A stretch of DNA of 63,618 nt, the filler included, from Folioceros fuciformis (taxonomy: Eukaryota): assembly GCA_049999805.1 (NCBI GenBank). It is 13 parts of 13 records of this genome, joined end to end, with 100 filler letters (N's around TTAATTAATTAA, not from the genome) between each part and the next. Parts side by side here need not be neighbours in the genome. Positions count along the whole stretch, not along the records: positions 4,411 to 14,613 come from JBNGIO010005295.1; positions 14,714 to 16,177 come from JBNGIO010005296.1; positions 16,278 to 26,813 come from JBNGIO010005297.1; 10 more parts are not named here. One strand, 5' to 3'. The notes under the pieces are model-generated. The model did no database searches, was not told where the DNA came from, and was given only the letters and a program-made list of their open reading frames with translations. Every line of letters starts with the position of its first letter. The stretch's first letter is position 1. This document shows, in pieces, positions 11,690 through 24,720 of the stretch. The position numbers and the translations under genes are program-made.

Positions 11690-12589
11690 TAGGCCTCCGC
11701 TGGGGACTTGGCGCCCCCCGCCTACAGCTAGGGCTGCCCGCCCTACGCGGGCTGGCCGTGCCCCGTGTTGAGTTATCGAGCTCTATATGAGCTAAACTCA
11801 TGTGGTGTTAGTTATCCCAGTTGGGTTCATACTAGACTAGTTCTAGTTATTAGTGAACTTAGGATAGTGTAGATTATCCCATATTGAACCTGGAAGTTGT
11901 GTAGCCCTAAATGTACTACTTAAATGGAGACCTCGGACCTCCATAGTAAGACAGTGGTGATGTGTATTGTTTTCATGGTTGTGGTCACCAATACCACCCT
12001 CTCTTCTCTCCTCTCCTCTCCTACACTTACACGTAGACTGGAGTCGATCCTATTGACACCCCGAGCCCGTGCGCACTGCTTGGCTGGCTGGGCGCTCTAT
12101 GCACCCGTGCCCGTCCTCCTACGGCTGGGTGCCCTAGGGCCTGGGGTCGCCCCGCTCCTGTGGCACACCCCACGCTCTGGCTTTCGCTCTCGCTCTGTTG
12201 CGGCCTCTGCCTAAATGCCCATCTTCACAGTCTTGCGCACTGTGTCTGCAGTTTCTAGAGCCAACACCCTTGCTCCACACTTGAGCTTTAATACTAGTTG
12301 AAGAATCGCTACAGGAGCTACACGGTGAAGGAGGAGAGGAGGAAGCAAGGAGGACAGGAGAAAGAGAGGTCACACTCTCACACAGAGTCTCTATAGCAAG
12401 GGAGCTCAAGAGAGTATTTATACCCTCTAAAAGAGCTCCCAAGGAAGCTTCACAAGAAGCGCATAAGAAGTTGCACAAGAAGCTTCCTACATATTAGCTT
12501 AAGCTAATCTAAATTAATGATACTTAACTAGACACTAATCTTAGACTAAACACATTAGTTTAAGCACATTGGGCTTTAATAACCCTAGA
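11690..12589 (-). mobile_element. Copia 5' LTR (~12298-12589), degenerate tRNA-Met PBS and GC-rich leader
   Basis: 12480-12589 is the reverse complement of the LTR starting at 36929; TAGTATTAAAGC (a decayed TGGTATCAGAGC) follows the LTR on the minus strand. Confidence 0.75.
11766..12058. mobile_element. Solo LTR (293 bp) with 5-bp target-site duplication CCCCG
   Basis: Begins TGTTGA and ends TTGACA; CCCCG sits at 11761-11765 and 12059-12063. Confidence 0.85.
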
Positions 12590-13244
12590 GGTACGGTGGA
12601 AGTTCGTGGATCCAAAAGAAGACGAATCCCAATAATGGAGGGGGGCCAGTAGCTCAACCTTCAAATTGTGCCTCCCTTCAGGAGCAATCCTAGCCACACC
12701 TTTTTGGAGAGAGGGTCAACGAATCTTCTACGGCAGCTCCGACAGTCCTAATCTTTAGTAGCGCACACTGCCCTAGCAATTATTGGTAGGACTTAGCTTC
12801 TTGGTAGGTGTGTGCAGTTAAAGTTGGTGGTGCCTAGTGTGAGAGAAGGGTAGCCCACCACCTACATGTAGGAGAGGGTTCATGTGTCGATCTCTCCTAT
12901 AAGGAGGGGCTACACAAAGAAATGAACCACCACATTCTTCACTCTTCTCATGGCAAGTTCTCATGCTTAGTAGAGCGTAGAAATCTCGCTGCCGACTGTG
13001 TGCCACCACAGCGCCTGGTTGTGGCTAGAGTTACAGTGGTCGAAGTGCTTAGCATTGGGCTTATATTTAGGGCTTATATTCTTCCATGGGCACCCCTGCA
13101 AGTTGCTTCCCTTTGTGAATGGTTGTTGTGCTACTATAGGTGTGTGGCAATACCTGTGTGATTGTTGGCTTGAGAGTAGACTCTAGGGGAAGACTCCTTT
13201 GAAGTTCTTGCTGACAGGCACAAGCACGCGGCAACCGGCCCAAG

Positions 13245-13755
13245 GAAAAACTTGTTGGTTGTTGGACGTAGGGAGACGAGCAGTTGGATCGTTGTGGAAG
13301 GTGTTGTAAGGAGATTTGTGAGGAAAGGGGTATTGGGTGTAGGCAATTAGAAATCGGTAGGGGGAGGTACTTTGGCCCTTCCAAGTGAAGGAATGGTGCC
13401 TTCCTACTGATTGGACGTGTTGAAGGTACGCACTAGGGAAGGTTGAATGTCGTAGGTGAACGATAAACACAATTGGTCGGAGCTGACCAGGCTCGGAGGA
13501 AAACTTAGTGGTCGTTGGACGTAGGGAGACGAGTAGCTAGATTGTTGGGTTGAGGAAGGCGTAGTAGGAGCCTTGTGAGGAAAGGGTATTGAGTGTAAGC
13601 AGGTAGAAATTGGTAGGGGGGAGGACTGGGGTCCTTCTACATGAGGGAATGGTGCCCTCCCACTATCCAGACGTGTTGCAAGATTGATAGCTACATGATT
13701 GGGAGTGTTGACTATTGTAGGGGAACGATGGACATAGCTGACTAGGCTCGGAGGG
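13245..13755. repeat. Diverged ~255-bp tandem duplication within probable retroelement LTR/UTR sequence
   Basis: GTTGGACGTAGGGAGACGAG, GTGAGGAAAGGG, AGAAAT.GGTAGGGGG and AGCTGAC.AGGCTCGGAGG each occur twice about 255 bp apart. Confidence 0.8.
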
Positions 13756-14714
13756 GAGCGATTCCGGGAAGCCTACAACGACTGTGGAATTGATGTGGCC
13801 AAGATACATGTGAGCAGGTGCCTGGTAGGGATACCATACCTGCTTGCCCACACACGCCTTTCTCTTTTGGTTTGTCCTTACTTACTCTGGGACTAGGGGT
13901 GGTGCCGGCTGTGTCTTTACATAGTGCCCAGTGGGATATGAAGTGTGGTGTGGTGGCCAGGGTTGAGGGGCTTGTCCTCAACTCTTGATTGTAAGGGATG
14001 CCATGTCTTGCTCTTCAAATCTGTCCATGCTTGGCGTAGGATAATTGGTGGTGTCGGTTGTGTGTTTACACAGCACTTGGTAGGATCAAGAGGTGGAGTG
14101 GCCAAGGTTGAGGGGCTTGTCCTCAACTCTTGATTGTAAGGGTGCATCTTTCTCTTGACCTATCCGCTCTTGTTTCCTTGGTTGGACGAGGGCTTGGTGT
14201 TGGCCATGTCACATGGTGTCTGGTAAAGTTGAGGGGTGGAGGTATCGAAGGGGGAGTGTGCTTCCCTCTTCATCTTTCTTAGGGTTAGTCTAGTTAGGAG
14301 GCTCCTACTCGGTGGGGGGGAGTCAGTAGAAGGAGTAGAGGTAGGAGTGTAGATAGGAAAAGCACCAAGAAGTGCTACTGATTGTCTATTCCATTGGCTG
14401 TGAAATAGGGGCCAAGATAGGATAGGGAGTTGACAAGATACTTGGGAGTTGAGGTAGTAAGATAGGTAGGCTCTCCATCCAGCCATCCATCCATTTGAGA
14501 GAAAGATAAAGGAACTCTTTTGTGGGAGCGAAACCCATCATCTTGACAGCAATGGGACAATGTGGTCAATATAGACAGCCCATGCCCCCCTCCTACGTGG
14601 TGAGGTGTCCGGGNNNNNNNNNNNNNNNNNNNNNNNNNNNNNNNNNNNNNNNNNNNNTTAATTAATTAANNNNNNNNNNNNNNNNNNNNNNNNNNNNNNN
14701 NNNNNNNNNNNNNA

Positions 14715-15206
14715 CCAGCTTTCCTCAATCTTTATTCCGGCATTCCAACCAGCATCACGTGGACCGATGCAGACACCAAGGCTGAGCGTGATCTCTTAAT
14801 TCTGGAGAATTATCGGCACAACACAAGCCGTCATAATCAGCATAATAGATCTCCTACAATTGGCACTGTTGTTCCGTGCTGCAACTGTGGGCATTTATTT
14901 AAGAAAGATCCTTGCTCAGCAGATCCATTTTTGAAACGACCAATTTCTGCACCGCATCCACGCACTGAGCCAGCCAGTACATCTGCAAGTGATGCATTGA
15001 ATTCTGAATCAGCGGTACAAATTCTAGAAGGTACCCTGAATGCAGTTTTCTAGTGACAAGAGACATTCTCTAAGCGTTTGGATTCTGCAGATTTTAAAAT
15101 TCAGAAATTAATCTCTAAATTTTCATTTGAAATTAGTCAATTTTCTAGACAATTTGAGATTTTGAACATTGCCCTTCGCTGCTCTGACGAGGAGCAATCG
15201 AATTGA
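14715..15206 (+). pseudogene. 5'-truncated unknown reading frame upstream of copia gag (CCNCGH motif followed by a coiled-coil-like segment)
   Basis: The frame is open from the scaffold edge to TAG TGA at about 15051-15056, then open again to TGA at 15206. Both internal stops are one C>T change from CAG and CGA. Confidence 0.45.
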
Positions 15207-15448
15207 ACTGACATTTGCTACCCTTTTCTAGTGTAGGCACTTTGCATTCAGAAGTCTGTTGATTTTCGTGGTTTTCAGGCCCCTTGCTTCTGCTGATTCA
15301 TTTTCATTGGCTAACCGCTTCACCTGAATCCAAACGTGCTCTACAAAAGACGGCAGTAGTTTAAGTTAGACTTTTTCTGTTGAAACCCTAAAAAATGTCT
15401 TTTCAGATCTAATTGTCCCTACTTGTTTTGTAGTGAATTCCCTCATGT

Positions 15449-16177
15449 ATGTCTACGAGAGACCATCTTTTAAATTTTCCTCTGTCACCTTATCTCCGTC
15501 GTCGACGAGCATTTGTGCATCCTTCCAGTCCACCACCTAATCCGGCCCCTATTCCCCCGACACCTCCACCTCTTCCTCCTGTACAGCCACAATTTGTAGT
15601 CAGCATGTCTTCCTCTACTCCATCCTTCACAACAGACCTTAGAGGCCTTGACAGGTTCAATGGAACTAAATTCGAAGTATGGAGAGTTTGAATGCAGACT
15701 ACATTACGTGCAAGAGGCGTGTGGACAGTTGTTGACGGCACATATGTGGAGCCTATGCTTCCTGCTGCTGGAACCACTACCACAATTGGAGGCACTCAAG
15801 TTACACAGGTTGATGTAGACAAATGGAACACAATGAACGAAATTGCTGTTGCCATCGTGATTACAGGTCCTTGACGAAGTGCTGATTCCTGATGTGGAAT
15901 ACCTTACCAAGGCACATCAGATTTGGAGTCAGCTCAATAATACTTATGCTGTCCGGACTATGATGACTAAATGCACAGTGAAACATGAATTCTATACCTT
16001 GAAAATGCGAGAGGATGATAGTGTGGCTGCCCACACCAACAAGTTTCGACAACTTCGATCCCGTCTTGCCTAGTTGAACTCGACTATTTCAGAGGAGGAT
16101 GTTGTGGCTCATCGTTTGCTCTCGCTCCCTCCATCATATCAGACTTTTGTATCTCTACAAAATGGTCCCTTGGCCAT
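15449..16177 (+). mobile_element. Ty1/copia gag, decayed
   Basis: RFNGTKFEVWRV*MQTTLRARGVWTVVDG, AHQIWSQL, FYTLKMREDDSV and LLSLPPSY. Confidence 0.9.
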
Positions 16178-16277
16178 NNNNNNNNNNNNNNNNNNNNNNN
16201 NNNNNNNNNNNNNNNNNNNNNTTAATTAATTAANNNNNNNNNNNNNNNNNNNNNNNNNNNNNNNNNNNNNNNNNNNN

Positions 16278-19050
16278 GAGGAGTGTACGGGGCAGTCAAT
16301 TCTCTCCTGATTCCCTTGGAATCACAGAATGATTGGAAAGCCTTCGAAAGATACTCTCCCCTATTGTTTGTCCTTAGACATTTCAATCGGCCATACTGAT
16401 TCTCCACAAGGGTGACGAATTTTTGAAACACTGTCAGAACATCATCCTATTCCTCAAAGGATAAACCCACACCTTGCGTGAGAAATCATCTATGAAAGTG
16501 ACAAAAAAAGATGCACCGCCTAACGATACAGTGGGCATAGGTCCACAAAGGTCACTGTGAACCAACTCAAGAGGTTTACTTTTGTGTGTACCTCTTGCTC
16601 CATGTGGTGACTTTGTTTGTTTCCTATTCAAATAGTGCTCACACACGGAGAAATCGGAGAAGTCAAAAGCAGGGACATAACCAAAACGAGATAAGATCTT
16701 CATTCCTTTTTGAGACATATGTCCTAACCGACTATGCCATAAGGAAACACTTGGCTGTTCTGTTACACAAATCACATGATCCTTGACAGTGGTTANNNNN
16801 NNNNNNNNNNNNNNNNNNNNNNNNNNNNNNNNNNNNNNNNNNNNNNNNNNNNNNNNNNNNNNNNNNNNNNNNNNNNNNNNNNNNNNNNNNNNNNNTTCTG
16901 TTACACAAATCACATGATCCTTGACAGTGGTTACATGAAGTGAGTACAAAGTGCCACACTTTGATCCACGAGCTAACACAAGAGAACCTTTGGAGATCTT
17001 CCAAGAACGATATCCAAACCAACAATGGTAGCCAGCGTCATCCAACTGCCATGCGGGAGATCTTCCAAGAACGATATCCAAACCAACAATGGTAGCCAGC
17101 GTCATCCAACTGCCATGCGCTAATCATGCTTTTTGTCAACTTTGGTACATGTCTAACATCTTTCAATGTGAATGAAGATTCGTTTTCGAACTTCAGCTAC
17201 ACATCACCAACGCCTGCAATCTTGCATGCGTAGTTATTTCCAAGCCGAACACATCCTTTCCTAGTAGCATCATAAGTGCTAAACCACTCCCTATGCGGAG
17301 TAACATGGAAAGATGCTCTAGAGTCAATTATCCAATTAGAGAATAAGTGACTCTCCACGGCTGTCAGTTATGCAGAATCGAAGGAAGAAGAGATAAGAAC
17401 ATCTCCATCGTCAATAGAGTTCACCTCATCATGCTTGTTACTCAGACTTGCCCTATTGTCGCTTTGCTTCTTCTCCCTTCCTCTGTCCTTCTTGAACTTC
17501 TCGCAGTCCTTCCTGATGTGACCCTTCTTGTGAAAATGGTAACACTCAACATTGTTATGACTATGAGATTGGCTACGGTAAGAACTTCGCTCCTTGTACT
17601 TCCCCCTTAAAGCGGACGCTGCTTGTACTTCCCCTTTGAAGTGGACCTTCCTCTCACCATGAGGGCATTGGAACCTTTCAAAGGTTCCATATTCTTCTTA
17701 TTCACCTCCTTTGTTAACAGGCTACCTTCTACATTTACAATGGTAAGACCACTGGCAGGAGCGGAATTACTCAAAGCTGTACAAAAGGTGTCCCAGCTCT
17801 CTAGTAATGTGACCAACAGAAACATAGCTCTCACGGAATCTGGGAACGAGATACCTTGAGATGAGAGCTAGCTGAAAATGGTATTGAACTCATTCAGATA
17901 ATCGGACATCCTCGTCCCTTCCTTCATCTTCAAGTCCACCAGCTGTTTCAACCAGTACACCAGAGAAGCCGCACTTTGCTTCTCGTATAGGTCACACAAC
18001 TTCTGCCATAGCAGTAGCTTGTGGTCTTTCACATTGAAGTAGACCAATTTCGATAATGTTAGCATGATGGTAGACCTAGCAAGCTCATCTAGATCCTGCC
18101 ACTCATCCTGAGTCATGCTAATAGGTTTCACTCCTAGCAGCTTGATGGGCTTGATTTGCTTCTTCTGTATTAGAACATTATACACTTGTTCTTTCCAGAA
18201 CGGGAAGTTAGCACCATCTAACTTCTCGATATTGAACATGACGTTTTCTGAGGACGTCATGTTTCAAAATCAATGCAAATCAACCAAAAGGCTAATTAAA
18301 AAGCGGTCAAAATGAAATGTAGATTTTGTTACCTTCACTCTTGTTTTGAATCGGCTGTCCACAAGCCGACTCGACGAGCCTAAATCCTTCGATTGAGATC
18401 TTGCTACCTTGCGGCCGGGACGGTTTGGAGCCTATGCTTTCACTCTTGGCGTCGGTGCTCACTACGCCCCTCGCTTCGGCACCCGTAGCGACCGCGGCCT
18501 AATCTTGCTCCGACGCCCGCAGTCTCACTGCGCTTTGGTGCCCGCAGCCTGAACACACTCCGGGGCCCACGTCCAATGGTGCCCTCGGGCTGGCTGTGTC
18601 GCGCCTGAACGGCGCCCGTGCGTCAGGTGCGGCGCTCTCACTAGGCTGGTGCCCCGGCCTGGGCAGGCGCCCGGGGGCCTGGTGCTGCCCCTGCCAGGCC
18701 TACTGCCCCCGGGGGCCAGGCTGGCGCCCGCATCGCTCGGCGCTTGCGGGATTAGGAGCCCCGATCGGTGGGCGGGCGGGCGGCCAAGCCCCGGATGTCG
18801 GGGGCGCACCACCGATCGGGGCTGGCTGTGGCGGACTGGTGCCCCCGCAGCCTGGGCGCCCAGCAAGCTGGGAGGCCCACGGCTTGGGCACCTCCGGTGC
18901 CAATGGTGCTACGGGGTAGATGCCCCTCGCAGTGTGGCAGCACCCACCCGGTGCCCCACGCTCCTAGCACCCCTGAGCTCCTAGCTCCCTCGTTCTCGGA
19001 GCTCTGTGCTCCTCCTAGAGGCCCTTTCTCACAGGCCTTTGTCCTCACCG
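16278..19050 (-). mobile_element. Ty1/copia (Tnt1/Tork-like) gag-protease-integrase with a very GC-rich 5' leader
   Basis: Gag starts at 18260 (IEKLDGANFPFWK), followed by a CCHC knuckle, WIIDSRASFH, LWHSRLGHMS and LELVHSDLCGP. It is closely similar to 53657-55214. Confidence 0.92.
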
Positions 19051-20289
19051 GACTACTCCTATCCTGTAGGCAACAAAAGTGATAGATCCACATTAGGTTC
19101 TATCCTGGGGTCAAGTGTCCCCAAGATCTCTTGTCTGTCGGATGTGCGTTTCACATGTGTCGGGCTGCCCCTGGCATCTTGGGTGAGCATAGGACCAGTG
19201 CTATTCATAGAGCCATTCCATCCTAACGTTAGGATCCGCAAAATAGGGACAGAAGTCCCACAGATCCTTGGGTGACACATGTCCTGCAAGGCACAAAAAT
19301 TGTATCTTCTCCTGCTTGGGGGCCTTCCTTGGTACTGGAGGGGCAGAAGTGGAATCCACCTATCCCTCTGTCTCACCCATGCCCTTCCTTGTCTTCATGT
19401 TTTGCTGGTTGAGCCCCAAGTCCTGCCACTGCTGACCACACTTCTATCCCTCCAAGAGCAAATCCCCTCAACGTTGGTGACTCCTACAGCAGGAGCCCAC
19501 AGCACCCTAAACCCCTCACAGCATTGCTTGCAGCTCCTTCATGAGCTCACAAACCACCCTTCATCACCCCCCCCCCCCCCTACAATTGCTAGATCACTTG
19601 CACCTAAGAAGGAAAAGAAAAAGAAGGGGGGGGGGGGGGGGGAAGAAAGAACAAGTGGCTAAGAGCCACACCCCCCCCTTTACACTCAGCCACAGCCCGT
19701 GGAGATTGAGGCACCTGCCTCACTCCCTGCCCCTTGCCTGTGAGTGAAAGAAAGGAAAAAAACACACAAAAAGACCAGGATATGCACCCCGTTCCCCTTT
19801 CTCACAGCCTAATCCATCAGCTCTTTTGGGCAGCCCTCCAAAGGGAACTTGGCTGGCTCCACACGTTGCTCTCCACACTAAACTCAGCAGATGAGGGGGG
19901 TGCAAAAACCCCCACTGAAACTCGCTCCCCTTGATCAGCAAATTAGAGAGAAAGGTGGAGTCTTGGGAGGCGGCTTGTCACCCCCTTTGCTCACAGCCCT
20001 CCTCCATGCTACTTCAGCCAACCTTGCATGCAGCCTAGGCCTCCTCCAGCTCACAGATCCCTAGGATCTTGCCTCTTGATCGCTCCTTCATCACAGAAAG
20101 GAAAAAAAAACAGAAGGAGGCGTAGCCGCCGCATTCCCTCTCCCCCTTGGCAGCCTCACTGCCTCTCCACTATCCAAGCTCATTGCCTCTCCACTGTGGC
20201 AGCCTCCTTGTCTCTTGCAACTCACAGATCCTTGCTGCCCGTCCGTTTGCTCACAAACGGCTACTTGCTCTAAGCTCCCAAGCACATGA

Positions 20290-20460
20290 GAACTTAGAGT
20301 GGCCGCATGTTGCATGGAACTTGCCTGGTGACTTGGAGCTCTCGCATGCCACTTGGGAACTTTGAGTGGTTGCATGCAACCTAGGAACTTGGAGTTCCCG
20401 CATGCCACTTGGGGACTTAGAGTGCCGGCATGCAATATGGGACTTAGGGCTCTTGCATGC
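20290..20460. repeat. ~28-bp tandem array, each unit with a GCATGC palindrome
   Basis: Units such as GAACTTGGAGTTCCCGCATGCCACTTGG alternate between two variants, about 5-6 copies. Confidence 0.75.
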
Positions 20461-21082
20461 AGCCCAGTTTAGCAGGTTCTTGCCCAGACCTCTTACCAAA
20501 CCTGCTGAACATAACCACTTCCATCCCCCTGACATATCCATAAGACTCCTATCCCTCAGACAGATTCTTCTCCTTACCATGCGTGAAAACCCCACTCACA
20601 TATATAGCCACTGAAAAAAAATAGAAAATAGAACCAAAACCAACTAGGAAGGAACCAACCTTCCCTATACTAGCCGCATTTGTACAAATTGTACCAAAAC
20701 TGGAACAATGGCCCAAAATTCTATGTTCCACATACTCCCCTGATCTGAACAAAAGAAAAGAGGAAGAGGTGAGCAACTGGTCGGCAATCCAACTTCAGCA
20801 CCAGCCTGGCATCACTAATGAATCTCGGGCCATAGCTGTTCAACAACAAGTGATTTGATTGCTTGCTTAAGCTTCGTCCACCTATTGTTGAAAAATGTGC
20901 TGTTGTCATAACCCTAACGCAAATTACTGATCACAAAAAGTATCTTCTATCGCAGGAGGCTGACAATGAGAAGCCCTTTGTTGAGGCTCCTATGAACACA
21001 AAGTCCTTCCTCATGCTCTTAGGCTGACAGACTAAAGGATTGTTATGAATCAAAGCCAGCTGCTAGAATCAAAGGGGAAAGG

Positions 21083-24000
21083 CTAAGTGTTTTGGAAATA
21101 GCTGTAGAAGTTTATCAGTTCTAAACCCTCCATATGCTGATAGTGTTTACCTTTTGGTAAACCTTTAGTTAAGATGTCAACAGTGTTTTCATCGGTGGGG
21201 ACATATCCTACTGTTGCTATTCCCCTTTCGACCACATCTCTAATATAATGATGCTGAATCTCAATATGTTTGGTTCTAGCATGAAATTTGGGATGGGCAA
21301 CCAAGTCAAGGGCAGACATATTGTCACATAATAAGGAAGTAGGCTCATCCTGAGTTTGTCCCAAGTCTACAAGAAAGGTTCTCTCCCATTCCAGTTCCTT
21401 TGAAGCTTCAATTAAGCTCTTGTATTCTACTTTAGTTGATGATAAGGCAACTGAAGCTTGTTTCTTGCTGCTCCGTTGATCGCAGCTGATGAAAGCATAA
21501 AATAGTATGCGGAGAGACTTCGTCTAGAGTCACTATCTGACGCCCAATCAGCGTCCGTGAAACCTGCAAGGATAAGTTTACTCGTCCCTATTGACTTGTA
21601 TGCTAGACCATAGAACTCTGTCCCTTTTAAGTACCTAAATACTCTCTTGGTTGCTACCCAATGTACACGACCAGGATTTTCCAGAAACTGAGATAATGTG
21701 CTAATCGCGTATTGTATATTAGGGCGAGTCCAATTCGCAATGAACAAGAGGCTCCGAACACCCTATTGATAGGGGACTATGGCCATTTCCTTAAGCTCCT
21801 CATGTCCTTGAGGGCATTGTAAGCTTGTAAGTTTAACCCCCAAGGATATAGGTGTGACTGCTAGACGTGCTTGCTCTAGCTTAAAACGTGTCAGCATTTC
21901 TTGTATGTATTGGTACTGATGTATAATCAATAATCCTTCAGCCCTGACTCTTAGTAGCTAAATGCCGAGGCAGAATCTCAATTCGCTTATGTCCTTCATT
22001 TCAAATTTGTTGCTAAGCATCTCCTTTACTTGTGCTAACAGTGACTAGTCATTTGTTGCAAGGATCACATCATCTACATATATGGCCAAGATCACATACC
22101 CTGAGCCTTTGGAGAGTTTGTAAACATTTCCATTAGCAGCACTTTGAACAGCAGAATGACTCAACAAGTGTTCATGAATGGTAAGGTACCAAACTCTACC
22201 ACTTTGTTTCAGCCCATAGATAGTTTTCGATAACTTCAGAACTTTATTTGGATGCTTAGAGTCTGCATAACCCTATGGTTGAACCATATACAAGTCTTCG
22301 CTCAGGGAGCCATAAAGATAAGTTGTACAAACATCCATTTGCTGCAAGTCAAGATTGAATTCGGCAGCAAGTGCGAATATCATCCTTATTGACTGTGCTC
22401 TTACAACAGGAGAAAATGTCTTTTGGTAATCAAGGCCCTCAACTTGGGTATATCCTTGTGCGACCAGCCTTGCCTTGTATCATGCTATTTCTCCTTTAGC
22501 ATTCAATTTCAGTTTGAAGACCCACTTACATGATATGGGTTTTCTCCCTTTTGGTAGATTAACAAGGATCCATGTGTTGTTAGGGAATTGTATTCGTCAT
22601 CAACAGCAAATTTCCACTTGTCTTTTTCAAGTCCTGAATAGGCTTCTGTAAGTGTCTTGGGTTCAAGGTGACTTGTGCTTGATGCTGAGTTACATACCTT
22701 AGCATATGATGTTCTGAAGTCAACTGACTCATATCTTGGCTCCCTCCACTGTTGAGGAGGGTTTCTTTGTCGAGTAGATCGTCTTAACGGAGGATCTAGG
22801 TCAGGATCAGGGACAACTTGTATGTTCTAAGGTAAGTCTTGTGTCTCATTTTCCAAAGGTATCTCCACTCCCTCTAAATCTGGAAAAGGTGGGTGATCCT
22901 GGTGTTCTATTGCAGGTGGAATTTGTGCAGCTTGAACATCATGATCTTGTTGATGCTCTTGAGTATTCCATAGAGGTGCTATGGTAGGAATATCCTCATT
23001 GTCAGTAGCATCATTAACTGGATAAACGGCATCAATAGGGTCTGCAGCAGAAGTAGAAAAAGGTAAGTCTCCTGATGGTGTGATATTCATCAAATGATCT
23101 CAGAGGTTTGGCTCTGTAATCTCTAGGAAAGTTACAGATCGTGCTAATACCACTTTCTGATTTGTAGGATCATATAACTTACATGCTTTGGATTGCTCGC
23201 TGTAACCCACAAAAACAAGGGCTTGGGCTCGAGGATCCAATTTCTGGCGTTTCTCCCCCACAACGAGAGCAAAAGCCTTGGAACCAAAGACTCTAAGATG
23301 TAGCAGACTAGGCTTGCAGTGCCACATTGCTTCATATGGTGTCTGGGAGGTTAGGGAACTAGTAAACAGTCTGTTCAAAATGTAGGCCGCAGAAACTATG
23401 GCTTCTGCCCAAAAGGTTTGGGGCAGACCAGCCCATAGTAGCATGCTTCTAGTCATGGAAAGAAGTGTTTGATTCTTTCATTCAGCAACTCCGTTTTGCT
23501 ACGGAGTATAAGGGACAGTAAGCTGACGCTGGATTCCTCGTTCCTGCAGGAAAGAATCAAAGGCATGGTTCACAAATTTGGAACCGTTATCAATGCAAAG
23601 ACATTTCAATTGTTTGCCTGTCTGGCGTTCAACCACCTGCAGCCAGTCCTGAAAAATGGTGAAGGTGTCACTTTTCAGGTGAAGTGGATATGTCCATGTG
23701 CATATGGAGAAATCATCTGTGAGACAAAGATAATAGATTGCTATGAAGCAACTTGGATCTTTCCATAAATATCAGCATGGACCAATTCTAGAATTGCAGT
23801 AGCACGATAAGATGCTGCTTGAGGAAATGGCAGTTCCCTCTATTTGGCCACAATACAAGCTTCACAAGGAGGTAGCTCCTTGAATACATGAGGTAAACTT
23901 TCTTCATGGCAATCCTCCAAGGACATGTCAAGTAAGTTACGTTTGTTCATGTGCCCTAACCTTGCATGCCATAGGACAGCAAGTTTCATGGACTTTTTTG

Positions 24001-24283
24001 TAACAGTGGCTGGCCTTATGCTAAACAGCATAAATATCCAGCTTATACAAACCATGTTCCACCACACCTCTGAACACTGTGAAGCCAAGTTTGTTTATGT
24101 GGTAGAACGAACAAATTCTGTTAGCAGCTTGCATCTCATACTCACTTGTTTGCGTGAGCTTGCTTAGGGAGAACAGGTTCTTAGCCATGGACGGAACGTA
24201 TAGTACGTCCTCCACTGTAAGAATAGAACCATCATGCAAGATGAATTTGCATGAACCACTCCCCTATACAGGTAGACTAGTTC
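21083..24283 (-). mobile_element. Ty1/copia pol (end of protease, integrase, RT, RNase H), decayed
   Basis: DVLYVPSMAKNLFS, LWHARLGH, CEACIVAK, FWAEAIVSAAYILNR, ISCKWVFKLK, YKARLVAQGYTQ, IYVDD, GFTDADWASD and TKHIEIQHHYIRD..DILTKGL. Confidence 0.95.
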
Positions 24284-24506
24284 TATTAGTTTCATCACCT
24301 AACAAGCTGAGATTATAAACAATACCAAAGAAGCAAGAGCAGAAAGGCAATAGCAATCATTATGTGTAAGAAGACCTACAAATATGTCAAGGGGCATAAG
24401 TAGTTATAACTGCTAGTCTATCCCTAACTACCTAAGATGTAACCCTAAGTACATACTAACAATGTATATAATAAGTAATTATTATTTTTCCTAACACTCC
24501 CACTCA
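24284..24506 (-). mobile_element. 3' LTR (24284-24496) and PPT of a nested element
   Basis: On the minus strand GAGTGGGAG precedes TGTTAG at 24496. The other end reads TATTAG (one change from TGTTAG), exactly where pol homology stops. Confidence 0.7.
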
Positions 24507-24720
24507 TTGTGTACGTATGTCTTAGCGATACGCCCACCGAACCTGTCCAGAATAGAATAACCCAAAATCGTCCACTCAAGTGTACCAGCAGAACGGGTTC
24601 TCTACACGCGTACAACAGTGACAGTCCTGTGCGACATAAAATTCACAGCGCCCAGCCGCAATTCGCATCCCTAATCTCGGCATCGGCTGGACAGAGTTGG
24701 AGCATCCACAGCTGGTGAAG

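Noticed and set aside
12590-14613. Possible long minus-strand LTR after a purine tract at about 14585-14595
   Set aside because: No second copy or clear terminus is visible, so I left it unclassified.
16760-16935. Short direct repeats flanking N gaps (also at about 27474-27580, 30774-30968 and 37200-37300)
   Set aside because: Identical sequence on both sides of 10-N or 100-N gaps is typical of unmerged overlaps.
18525-19093. Many overlapping Pro/Gly/Arg-rich ORFs
   Set aside because: These are expected from very high GC content and have no recognisable domains.
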